32,000 bases of DNA. It comes from Sphingobacterium daejeonense (GTDB lineage Bacteria; Bacteroidota; Bacteroidia; Sphingobacteriales; Sphingobacteriaceae). The translations under genes were made by a program, and so were the position numbers. The stretch lies in NCBI RefSeq assembly GCF_042678525.1, contig NZ_JBHTKY010000007.1; one strand, 5' to 3'. Positions 1 through 8,241 of this stretch are shown in pieces. The notes under the pieces are model-generated. The model made no database searches, was not told where the DNA came from, and saw only the letters and a list, made by a program, of their open reading frames with translations. Every line of letters starts with the position of its first letter. Within the stretch, counting starts at the first letter, position 1.

Positions 1-1648
1 TCTTTGGTTCCTCTTTCGGTTTCTTTTCCTGCTTGATTTCAGGTTTGATAACACGTTTTGAGTTCCATTCCTCATATTCTTGGTAGGATCCAGGGTATTC
101 TTTTATTTCCTTGTTTTCAATAAACCAGATTTTATTGGCAATATTGTCCAGAAAATATCGGTCGTGGGATACGACAATAAATGATCCTTCATACTGTTGA
201 AGAGCTTGAATTAAGATATTGACAGATGCCATATCCAAGTGATTGGTCGGCTCATCCAGTACCAAGAAATTGGCATCTGCAGTCAATGCTTTAGCAAGAG
301 CAACCCTTGATTTTTCACCCCCAGACAAAACTTTGATCTTTTTGAAAACATCATCGCCAGTAAATAGGAAACTGCCCAAAATAGAACGTAGTTCTGTTTC
401 TGTATGTTTAGGAGCAAAGGCAACTAATTCTTGAAGAACAGAATTTTCTAAATGCAAAGCCTCTAATTGATGTTGGGCAAAGAACGTTTGTGAAACATTG
501 TGTCCTTTCGTACTTTTTCCTTCAAATTCTTTGTCAGCATCAGCAACAATCCTTAGCAAAGTAGATTTACCTTTACCATTGGCACCGATTAATGCGATTT
601 TATCTCCTTTTTCAATCAAACCATCCGTGTTTTCCAAAATTTCAACATTTGGATACGATTTGGAAATGTTTTCCAAGGTCACCACATGCCTGCCTGATGG
701 TTTGGAGAATTTAAAGCTGAAGTTTACCTCAGGGTTATCATCATCCACTTCCTCCACTTTTTCCATTCTATCCAAAGCCTTGATTCGGGACTGAACCATT
801 TTTGCTTTACTTGCTTTGGAACGGAATCTTTCGATTAGTTTCTCTTCTTGCTTGATCTTAGCCTGTTGGTTCTTAAATTGATTGCTCTGGATTTCACCAC
901 GCAGAGATTTTTCCTCTAGGTAAAAACTATAGTTACCTGCATAGAGCGTTAATTTTCCTTTTCTTGATTCAACAGTTTTATTGATAATACGGTCCAAGAA
1001 GTAACGGTCATGGGATACGATAACAATTGCACCTTCGAAACTTTGCAAATACGTTTCAAGCCATTTGATTGATGGTAAGTCCAAGTGGTTGGTAGGCTCA
1101 TCTAGTAATAAGATATCAGGCGCTTGCAACAAGATTCTCGCCAACATAACACGCATTCTCCATCCTCCTGAGAAGGTAGCTAATGGTCTTTGTTGTTCTT
1201 CTTCTGAAAATCCCAATCCTGCAAGGATTTCATGAGCACGGAATTCTATACTGTAACCATCCAATGCCTCGAATTCTGTTTGCTTATCGCTCAGCTTATT
1301 CAAGATATCATCGGAATAATCAGTTTCCAGTTTTTTCAACAGATTTTCTATTTCTGTATGCAGCTGATTCTGACGTTCAAAAGCTTCCATGGCAACATGA
1401 AGAATGCTCTTGTCCGAATGATAAGAAAGTAAATCTTGATTTAAATAACCTAACTTAAGGTCTTTGGCCATAGAGATCGTACCGCTGGTAGGTGAATATT
1501 CTCCGACGATAAGTTTCAATAAAGTTGATTTTCCGGTACCATTGGCACCGATTAGACCAACTTTATCACCTGGTTTAATATGCCAGTTGGCCTCATCGTA
1601 CAAGGCCCTTGATCCAATTTCGAATGTTAAGTTATTTATAGATATCAT
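1..1648 (-). CDS. ABC-F family ATPase (two ABC cassettes in one chain); 3' end runs off the window
   Basis: Absent from the ORF track because it is open to the window edge. My reverse-complement translation from the ATG at 1648-1646 reads [50 protein letters not shown] (Walker A 1). The rc around 541-607 reads [22 protein letters not shown] (Walker A 2). The rc of 243-328 reads [32 protein letters not shown] (ABC signature plus Walker B). All three are in one frame (1648-586 and 1648-328 are multiples of 3). No minus-strand fragment ORFs are listed here, which fits one uninterrupted frame. Confidence 0.85.
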   Translation of the reverse strand, partial: MISINNLTFEIGSRALYDEANWHIKPGDKVGLIGANGTGKSTLLKLIVGEYSPTSGTISMAKDLKLGYLNQDLLSYHSDKSILHVAMEAFERQNQLHTEIENLLKKLETDYSDDILNKLSDKQTEFEALDGYSIEFRAHEILAGLGFSEEEQQRPLATFSGGWRMRVMLARILLQAPDILLLDEPTNHLDLPSIKWLETYLQSFEGAIVIVSHDRYFLDRIINKTVESRKGKLTLYAGNYSFYLEEKSLRGEIQSNQFKNQQAKIKQEEKLIERFRSKASKAKMVQSRIKALDRMEKVEEVDDDNPEVNFSFKFSKPSGRHVVTLENISKSYPNVEILENTDGLIEKGDKIALIGANGKGKSTLLRIVADADKEFEGKSTKGHNVSQTFFAQHQLEALHLENSVLQELVAFAPKHTETELRSILGSFLFTGDDVFKKIKVLSGGEKSRVALAKALTADANFLVLDEPTNHLDMASVNILIQALQQYEGSFIVVSHDRYFLDNIANKIWFIENKEIKEYPGSYQEYEEWNSKRVIKPEIKQEKKPKEEPK

Positions 1649-1700
1649 TTCGGGTGCAAAAGTAATGAATATTTCTTCATCTTTGGCTACCTTTGCACTC

Positions 1701-2735
1701 ATGTATAAGCTAGTTAAACCATTATTCTTCTCCATGAACCCTGAAGAAGCACATCACACGGTGACTTCTGGATTGAAATTCTTCAACAAAATTTGGGGCT
1801 CGAAATCTTTGTTAAAATCATTGTATTGCGTGGATGACCCAAGGTTGGAAACCAAGGTTTTCGGCTTGACATTCAAAAACCCTGTCGGCCTTGCCGCGGG
1901 ATTTGATAAAAATGCGGAATACATCGAGGATATGGCAAGACTTGGTTTTGGCTTTATAGAAATTGGAACCGTTACACCAAAACCGCAGCCCGGAAATGAC
2001 AAACCCAGGATGTTCAGACTCGTGGATGACCATGCACTGATTAATAGAATGGGATTCAATAATAAAGGGGCAGATGTAGCTGCCGCTAAACTGAAATTCC
2101 TAAAAGATAAAAATGGCGTAATCATAGGCGGAAATATTGGTAAAAATAAGGTTACACCGAATGAAGAAGCTGTCAACGATTATATTTACTGCTTTAATTC
2201 ATTGTTTGATTATGTCGATTATTTTGTTGTGAATGTCAGTTCACCAAATACGCCAGGACTACGTGACTTACAGGAAAAAGGACCGTTAATGCATATTCTA
2301 AACACACTGCAGAATTTAAATCTTGAAAAAAGTAACCCAAAGCCTATTTTGTTAAAAATTGCTCCTGATTTGACCTTCACACAGCTGGATGATATAGTAG
2401 AAATAGTTTTGGAAACAAAAATTGCAGGAGTGATTGCGACCAATACGACAATTGCTAGAGAAGGTCTGCAAAGCCATAGAAGTTTGGTTCAGGAACCAGG
2501 TGGGGTAAGTGGAAAGCCATTAACAAGAAGATCAACAGAGGTGATTAAATACCTTTCTGATAAATCAGAAAAAGCATTTCCAATCATAGGGGTAGGAGGA
2601 ATTCACTCTGCAGAGGATGCAATTGAAAAATTAAATGCAGGAGCAAGCCTAGTCCAAGTATATACAGGATTTATATACCAAGGGCCTGGCCTCGTTGCTG
2701 ATATTTGTAAAGGAATTCTGAAAGAGAAAAAATAA
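1701..2735 (+). CDS. pyrD: Dihydroorotate dehydrogenase (quinone), class 2
   Basis: Track ORF 1464..2735. Its first 79 codons are the antisense shadow of the ABC-F gene, so the start is taken at ATG 1701 ([19 protein letters not shown]). DHODH motifs present: [51 protein letters not shown]. Confidence 0.9.
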   Translation: MYKLVKPLFFSMNPEEAHHTVTSGLKFFNKIWGSKSLLKSLYCVDDPRLETKVFGLTFKNPVGLAAGFDKNAEYIEDMARLGFGFIEIGTVTPKPQPGNDKPRMFRLVDDHALINRMGFNNKGADVAAAKLKFLKDKNGVIIGGNIGKNKVTPNEEAVNDYIYCFNSLFDYVDYFVVNVSSPNTPGLRDLQEKGPLMHILNTLQNLNLEKSNPKPILLKIAPDLTFTQLDDIVEIVLETKIAGVIATNTTIAREGLQSHRSLVQEPGGVSGKPLTRRSTEVIKYLSDKSEKAFPIIGVGGIHSAEDAIEKLNAGASLVQVYTGFIYQGPGLVADICKGILKEKK

Positions 2736-2737
2736 AA

Positions 2738-2766
2738 AAAGGAGGTTAAATTTTAACCTCCTTTTT
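2738..2766. terminator. Bidirectional rho-independent terminator between convergent pyrD and the NlpE-like gene
   Basis: GGAGGTTAA (2741-2749), loop ATT, TTAACCTCC (2753-2761). An A-run lies on the left and a T-run on the right, so it can work on both strands. Confidence 0.8.
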
Positions 2767-2773
2767 CACTAAA

Positions 2774-3235
2774 TTATTGAGCTACTTTCTTAAGTATGTA
2801 TTGATCTTTCAATGGGCCATCAATAGGATTTCCTTCTTGATCTAAAGAAAACAATTGATTTTCCCCAACTTTCAGCTTCATGTTCACATCTTTTCCAACT
2901 AAGTGTACTACACTTCCGTTGTTGTGCCACATGAATTTACCTGTATCTTCAACTTTGGTATCACTTTCTTGATAAACTCCTTTATAACTAAAGGTCTCAT
3001 CGGAATTTAAAATAACAGTAGTTTCAATTCCTGGACAATCTGCACATGGAATGACGCCAGTGTAAGACCCAGCCCAATCCAATGAGTTCTGCGAAGTATG
3101 CGTAGTATCTACAAGATTCGTATCGGTTGTTTCCATGCTGCTGGAATCAGATTCTAATTGTTTTTTGGCATTTGATGTGCAGGAGCTAACCGTTATTATA
3201 GATGCTAAGCTTGCTATTAACCATAGTTGTTTCAT
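2774..3235 (-). CDS. Lipoprotein with NlpE N-terminal-like (CxxC) domain
   Basis: Lipoprotein signal MKQLWLIASLASIITVSSC. The motif GSYTGVIPCADCPGIETTVILNSDETFSYKGVY and the tail ENQLFSLDQEGNPIDGPL resemble the NlpE_N copper-resistance/envelope-stress lipoprotein family. Confidence 0.7.
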   Translation of the reverse strand: MKQLWLIASLASIITVSSCTSNAKKQLESDSSSMETTDTNLVDTTHTSQNSLDWAGSYTGVIPCADCPGIETTVILNSDETFSYKGVYQESDTKVEDTGKFMWHNNGSVVHLVGKDVNMKLKVGENQLFSLDQEGNPIDGPLKDQYILKKVAQ

Positions 3236-3442
3236 AAAGACTAATTTTATTTATCAAATTTATCCAAAAATTAAGCCAATTGAAAAGATATAACTAAAAA
3301 TTTTTACAATAATTTTTCCTATTAAAAAAATAAAGCCCCCAAATATTTATTTGAAAGGCTTAAATTAATTTTAAACCAATATTAGTACTGATCTATGAAA
3401 AATTTTAATAACTCAGTTGTTGTAACAATTTCCTTGAGGTAC

Positions 3443-4096
3443 TCACCACTTTGTGTTTTTATAAGCAGCATCCCAAAACATAAACTCTAATTTACTAGCA
3501 GTTTTAAAGGCCTCCAACATTAATTTTCTTTTTTCTGCCGTTGAATCTTCAGCCATGACATCCGTATATGCAATTGCGAGTTTTACACCCTCCGCAAATT
3601 CTTCCCCGCTATAAGTATCTATCCAATTTTTATAAGGATTATTAGATGAATTTTGAGTTTCCAAGATGTGGTCGCCTACTTCTTTATAAATCCAAAAACA
3701 AGGTAAAATTGCGGCTGTCGCCACCTCAATCGGGTCAAAGGCCACAGTGCTTTTGAGAAAATGAATATAATGATGGCAAATAGGTTCTATGGTTATTTCT
3801 TGATGTGCCTGAAGACCAAATTGTTCAAAATAAGCTTCATGCAATGCACTCTCAACAACCAAAGCATTTTTCCCAAATTCGAAAAAATCCAATGCCATTT
3901 TATTATTCATTGCTTTGGAACCTAAAGCAGCCAATGCCCTGCCATAATGTTCAAGATATTTAGCATCTTGAAGCATATAAAACTGAAATTTCTCCAGTGG
4001 AAGTGTGCCTTCTTTTAATTCTTGGATAAACGGCATTTCCAATATTTCTTGAAATAAGGGTTGGATGCTCTGCCAAGCATGATCAGTCCAATTCAT
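3443..4096 (-). CDS. tenA: Thiaminase II / aminopyrimidine aminohydrolase (TenA family)
   Basis: FIQELKEGTLPLEKFQFYMLQDAKYLEHYGRALA and CFWIYKEVG are typical TenA/PqqC-like motifs. It is the last gene of the thi operon and overlaps thiD by 14 nt. Confidence 0.85.
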   Translation of the reverse strand: MNWTDHAWQSIQPLFQEILEMPFIQELKEGTLPLEKFQFYMLQDAKYLEHYGRALAALGSKAMNNKMALDFFEFGKNALVVESALHEAYFEQFGLQAHQEITIEPICHHYIHFLKSTVAFDPIEVATAAILPCFWIYKEVGDHILETQNSSNNPYKNWIDTYSGEEFAEGVKLAIAYTDVMAEDSTAEKRKLMLEAFKTASKLEFMFWDAAYKNTKW

Positions 4097-4922
4097 ATTT
4101 AATGAGTTTTATGGGGTTAAAAAAATGATTTAGAGGTCCGTTGCCTTTGCCTATAACGAGATTTTTACTGCCAAGTATAGCACTATTAACATACGATAAT
4201 CCTTTTTCTGTTGCTTGAGTTAGGTTAAACCCTCTCGCTAAAAAAGAGGCAATTGCAGAAGAAAGTGTACATCCTGAACCATGAGTGTTTTTGGTGTCAA
4301 CTCGTTTAGATTCAAAATATTGCGCTGGTTTACCATGTTGAATAAGGATACTCGTTAAAATATCGCTGTCTAGATGGCCTCCTTTTAATAAAGCAGACTT
4401 ACAACCTAGTCCAAGTATCTCTTCCGAAACTTCTTCCATAGCCTTGACGTCAGAAATCTCCTTTCCTACAAGCACGGAAACTTCATCCAAATTTGGAGTA
4501 ATAATAGATGCAATTGGAAACAATAACTCTTTAATCGCCTGAATCGTTTCGTCCTTTATCAATCGATGACCACTTGTTGAAACCATCACTGGATCGAATA
4601 CTATACTTCCTCTATAATCTTTAAGGTGGTTTGCAATAACCTCAACCAGTTCACTGCTATGGACCATTCCAATTTTAATGCTGTCAGGATAGATATCGTC
4701 AAAGAGGCAATCTAATTGCTCTTTGACTGCTTCTGTAGGTATTTCAAAAATATTTCTTACTCCTTGAGTGTTTTGGACCGGCAAAGCAGTTAGTACATTC
4801 ATAGCATAACACCCCAATGATGAAATTGTCTTTGTGTCAGCTTGAATTCCTGCACCACCACTGCCATCAAACCCTGCAATACTTAATACTGTAGGTGTTT
4901 GATATTTTTTATCTTCTGTCAT
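4083..4922 (-). CDS. thiD: Hydroxymethylpyrimidine/phosphomethylpyrimidine kinase
   Basis: VLSIAGFDGSGGAGIQADTKT, DPVMVSTSG and THGSGCTLSSAIA are ThiD/PfkB-family motifs. It overlaps thiE by 4 nt. Confidence 0.9.
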   Translation of the reverse strand: MTEDKKYQTPTVLSIAGFDGSGGAGIQADTKTISSLGCYAMNVLTALPVQNTQGVRNIFEIPTEAVKEQLDCLFDDIYPDSIKIGMVHSSELVEVIANHLKDYRGSIVFDPVMVSTSGHRLIKDETIQAIKELLFPIASIITPNLDEVSVLVGKEISDVKAMEEVSEEILGLGCKSALLKGGHLDSDILTSILIQHGKPAQYFESKRVDTKNTHGSGCTLSSAIASFLARGFNLTQATEKGLSYVNSAILGSKNLVIGKGNGPLNHFFNPIKLIKYELD

Positions 4923-5551
4923 TTAATCTTTTCCTTTAATTCTTCTGCTGCTTTCCTAGGATCTGTGCTTGCACAGATGGCTGAAACAACAGCGATACTA
5001 TTTGCCCCTGATTCAAATGCTTTTCCAGCATTTGAAATATTCATCCCTCCAATAGCGATCATTGGCTTAGAAACTGTTTTGGACAATTCTTCCAATCCAT
5101 CAATACCCCAAGTTGTCACTGTATTCGTCTTGGTAGGAGTTTTGAAAATTGGGCTCACACCCAAATGATGGACGGCATGCATCTCCTTATCCTTTAATTG
5201 TTCAGCAAATTCCAGGGACCAACCAATTTTAAGACGATCGCCATAGGTGGAGATAATATCAAGTGGTTGCGTATCTGATAAACCAACATGTATACCCCAA
5301 GAACCAATTTCAGCAGCTATATCTGCTGCATCATTGATGATCAAAGGCACAGCATACCTGTCTGTTATATTTTTTAGATCTATTGCTTTCTGCAAGTACT
5401 CTTTCCTTGAAATATTCTTTTCCCTAAGTTGGATAATATCAACTCCTCCTTGGATTGCCGCTTCAGCTACTTGTAGCCAAGGCAGATGTTTACAGTCAAA
5501 CTCAGATATGACCAAATAAAGTGGATAGGGAAAATCAGGATGGATTGGCAT
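4919..5551 (-). CDS. thiE: Thiamine-phosphate synthase
   Basis: LYLVIS, GGVDIIQLREK, LIINDAADIAAEIGSWGIHVG, GVSPIFKTPTK and IAIGGM are ThiE motifs. Confidence 0.9.
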   Translation of the reverse strand: MPIHPDFPYPLYLVISEFDCKHLPWLQVAEAAIQGGVDIIQLREKNISRKEYLQKAIDLKNITDRYAVPLIINDAADIAAEIGSWGIHVGLSDTQPLDIISTYGDRLKIGWSLEFAEQLKDKEMHAVHHLGVSPIFKTPTKTNTVTTWGIDGLEELSKTVSKPMIAIGGMNISNAGKAFESGANSIAVVSAICASTDPRKAAEELKEKIK

Positions 5552-6341
5552 TTCTCTTGAGCTTAAGATTTTCAGAGATCTGTTCTTTACTGAGATTATA
5601 CAGCGTATCGTATAAGTTCAATTGCAAGCTTCCGGGCCCTTTTGAAATGGAGGCTGCTAACTCACCGGCAAGGCTAGTTATTGCAACTCCAGCAATCGCT
5701 TCCTGAAATGGATTGTTGCCAAGTCCCAAGAATGCTGCAATGATAGCTGTCGATGTACATCCAAGTCCAGTCACTTTGGTCATCATCGCAGATCCATTGG
5801 CAATTTCGGCAACTTCACCTCCAGAAATTACATAATCTATTTCCCCAGAAATGCATATGATAGATCCATATTCTTTATTCAAAAACTTACCCGCTTCCAG
5901 TGCAGTTGAACTTTCTTCCGTACTATCAACTCCTTTTCCAGTAGACCCAAAATTTTGGAGCGCCATGATTTCAGAAGCATTGCCTCTTATTACTGTTGGC
6001 TTGAGGGTCAATAATTTTTTCAAGGTTTCATTTCTAAGAGAAGATATTCCAGCACCAACAGGATCCAATATCCATGGTTTCCCAATTTTATTGGCATAAG
6101 AAGCAGCCAGAATCATGCTTTCTGCCCAAGGTTTGCTCAAAGTGCCTATATTGATTACAAGGGAGTTGCAAAAGTTTAATACCTCTTCGATTTCTTCTTC
6201 AGCATGTACCATAATAGGCGAGGCACCTAAAGCCAATAAAGCATTGGCGGTGTTGTTCATCACTACAAAGTTGGTAATGTTTTGTACGAGTGGTGTTGTG
6301 GATCGTACCTGAGTGAGCAAAGTATAAATGTCGTTTTCCAT
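5535..6341 (-). CDS. thiM: Hydroxyethylthiazole kinase
   Basis: PLVQNITNFVVMNNTANALLALGASPIMVH, DPVGAG and VTGLGCTSTAIIAAF are ThiM motifs. It is the first gene after the TPP riboswitch. Confidence 0.9.
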   Translation of the reverse strand: MENDIYTLLTQVRSTTPLVQNITNFVVMNNTANALLALGASPIMVHAEEEIEEVLNFCNSLVINIGTLSKPWAESMILAASYANKIGKPWILDPVGAGISSLRNETLKKLLTLKPTVIRGNASEIMALQNFGSTGKGVDSTEESSTALEAGKFLNKEYGSIICISGEIDYVISGGEVAEIANGSAMMTKVTGLGCTSTAIIAAFLGLGNNPFQEAIAGVAITSLAGELAASISKGPGSLQLNLYDTLYNLSKEQISENLKLKRNANPS

Positions 6342-6409
6342 TAATATTATTTTAAATTACATTAATGGCTAAAAAGGGTAGGAAGGGGGCATAAAAAAAT
6401 ACCAAGCGA

Positions 6410-6490
6410 TCATTGCTTTTCCCTACGCCGGTTTTAACCGTATCAGGTTCAAAGGGACTCTCTCAATTCTTTTCAGAATACCCCTAAAGC
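6410..6490 (-). promoter_or_regulatory. TPP (THI-box) riboswitch in the leader of thiM-thiE-thiD-tenA
   Basis: The minus-strand sequence reads AGGGGTATTCTGAAAAGAATTGAGAGAGTCCCTTTGAACCTGATACGGTTAAAACCGGCGTAGGGAAAAG. This contains the conserved CUGAGA, ACCCUUUGAACCUGAU-like and GCGUAGGGAA elements of the THI element, about 70 nt upstream of the thiM ATG. Confidence 0.85.
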
Positions 6491-6549
6491 CAAATCAAAG
6501 ATAGCCTAAACAATCTGCAAAGTCAAATTATAAAGGCTATCTCGAATTC

Positions 6550-8241
6550 TTATGAGTTTAATAAGACTTTAATACGAAGTATGGTGTCGCGGTCTTTTTG
6601 TTTTTCACTCTCACTGAGAATTTCCCATGGAATCAAGGAGGGATGCAATTTGAGTTCATCGTTCCTTTCTTCCCCAAAATCCCAACCGTTGATATAGCGA
6701 TGTGCCATCCAACGGTTATGTTCGATTATGGCTAAGGTTTCTACCTCATCTGCTGTGAACATTATGTTTTGAGGTTCATGAACTGGCCAGTTTTTGCCAG
6801 TCATTAAAAACTTATAAGGTATATGATCTGCTTGTGCCCGATTGGCGTCTTTAGCATCTTCTGTCAAGGTATGCCAATCAGAAGTGTATTTCGAAGATTC
6901 GGAACTTGCTCCAGAAAGTAATTTTCTGTAATCATCATGAATAGACTGGGCTAAACGATCTTGTTTTTCGCCAGTAATAAATTCTAAGTCACAAATATCT
7001 TCCATTTGACCAAAAAACTTGATCCTGTCAATTTCATCAGAAGAACGGATTAACTTCCGAAGGCCCTTACCTTCTGCATTCAAAACATAAATAGGAAAGG
7101 AGACTTGTTGAGTTTTGTTCAATATCTCTAAAGCAGCATTCAGGTTTTGCTGATCTTGATCGAAACAGGTTATAAACAAAACATCCGAATCCTTGTCCAC
7201 TAATTTCTCCTGTTCTATCACTTCATTGTATGATCCATCAAAATTTTTAAAGACAATTGGGAATATTTTCTGAGCTTTAGGATATTGCTCTTGAAAATAT
7301 TTGCTGTCTTTATCGGCTTTTTCAGAATAGATGGAAACTTGAAGGTCATTTGCAGTTGAAATATGGAATATTCTCATCACTTGAATCAGCATCGCTTTCG
7401 CAAAATCACCATATCCCAAGAATACTATTTTTTTAATATCAGACAATTGCTTTCCACTTGATTGCATATCCAATGGAATTTGAGCAAAGAACTGTCGCGC
7501 TAACATCTTTTGGATGTTGAAGAAATGTAGGTCGATATTGTTTTTCTGAAAATGAATGCCTGTATTCTTAACAAGGTCAATTAAACGAGGATTACTAATA
7601 TGCAAATATGCTTTTAGATGATTTGGGCATTTAGATTCATCATAGATGTCCTGTATAGACTCTATGATTTCAATAACAGTTTGTTCATTTTCCAAAAAAG
7701 CAATTAGAGTTGATGCTCTCTTGATTCCAGCTTCGATGAGGGTATTTTCCTCCTCAGCATTTCCAATGATTACAATATGTCCTAGTTTTTTGACAGAATT
7801 AATATCGGCATGTTCAGTTTCTTTTTCAATTGCTACAGCTTTTTTATGGTGTTCTTCTTTCAGGTTTTTAAACAGCTGTCTACCTTTTTTGGAAATCCCT
7901 ACAGAGATGACGTGATCTTTTTTAAATGATGCTTTTAACAAATTCAGTTGTTCAGAAAAGACCTTTTGGATAATTTTGAAAGCACCAAAAATCAGGATAC
8001 CAATAGTGCATATCTTAGCAACAATAAGTTCCCAAGGTACATCATTGTCTTCTAAACCTGATGCTGTTGGGTCACCCCCAAAAACAATCTTTATGATTCT
8101 GTAAATCCTATCAGGTAAGTATCTTAGGGTGTTACTTTCCGGGAAAAACTTGGATAACCCAACCCATGAAATAATAATCAAAAAAACTATGAATAATATC
8201 CCTAAAAGTCCTTTCTGCCGTCTTGTTAATTTCATGTTCAT
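6550..8241 (-). CDS. Membrane protein: 2 N-terminal TM helices, two TrkA-N/RCK-like Rossmann modules, and a C-terminal RyR (ryanodine-receptor repeat) domain
   Basis: TM helices: GLLGILFIVFLIIISWVGLSKFF and LIVAKICTIGILIFGAFKII. RCK-like 1: HVISVGISKKGRQLFKNL...HIVIIGNAEEENTLIEAGIKRASTLIAFLENEQ. RCK-like 2: KKIVFLGYGDFAKAMLIQV. RyR repeat: EHNRWMAHRYINGWDFGEERNDELKLHPSLIPWEILSESEKQKDRD. Its start shares one base with the stop of the upstream propeller gene (TAATG, 8239-8243). Confidence 0.75.
   Translation of the reverse strand: MNMKLTRRQKGLLGILFIVFLIIISWVGLSKFFPESNTLRYLPDRIYRIIKIVFGGDPTASGLEDNDVPWELIVAKICTIGILIFGAFKIIQKVFSEQLNLLKASFKKDHVISVGISKKGRQLFKNLKEEHHKKAVAIEKETEHADINSVKKLGHIVIIGNAEEENTLIEAGIKRASTLIAFLENEQTVIEIIESIQDIYDESKCPNHLKAYLHISNPRLIDLVKNTGIHFQKNNIDLHFFNIQKMLARQFFAQIPLDMQSSGKQLSDIKKIVFLGYGDFAKAMLIQVMRIFHISTANDLQVSIYSEKADKDSKYFQEQYPKAQKIFPIVFKNFDGSYNEVIEQEKLVDKDSDVLFITCFDQDQQNLNAALEILNKTQQVSFPIYVLNAEGKGLRKLIRSSDEIDRIKFFGQMEDICDLEFITGEKQDRLAQSIHDDYRKLLSGASSESSKYTSDWHTLTEDAKDANRAQADHIPYKFLMTGKNWPVHEPQNIMFTADEVETLAIIEHNRWMAHRYINGWDFGEERNDELKLHPSLIPWEILSESEKQKDRDTILRIKVLLNS

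Noticed and set aside
243-1458. Plus-strand ORFs 243..434, 498..794, 1183..1458 and 1232..1432
   Set aside because: They lie antisense to a continuous minus-strand ABC-F reading frame with clear Walker A, signature and Walker B motifs. Their translations are Ser/Leu/Phe-rich antisense shadows.
1464-1700. N-terminal 79-codon extension of the pyrD ORF
   Set aside because: This part overlaps the ABC-F gene on the opposite strand and reads like an antisense Walker-A region ([11 protein letters not shown]). Recognisable DHODH sequence begins at Met 1701.
3300-3345. Possible terminator hairpin AAGCC...GGCTT downstream of tenA
   Set aside because: It has only a 5-bp stem with an ~18-nt loop, which is too weak to call.
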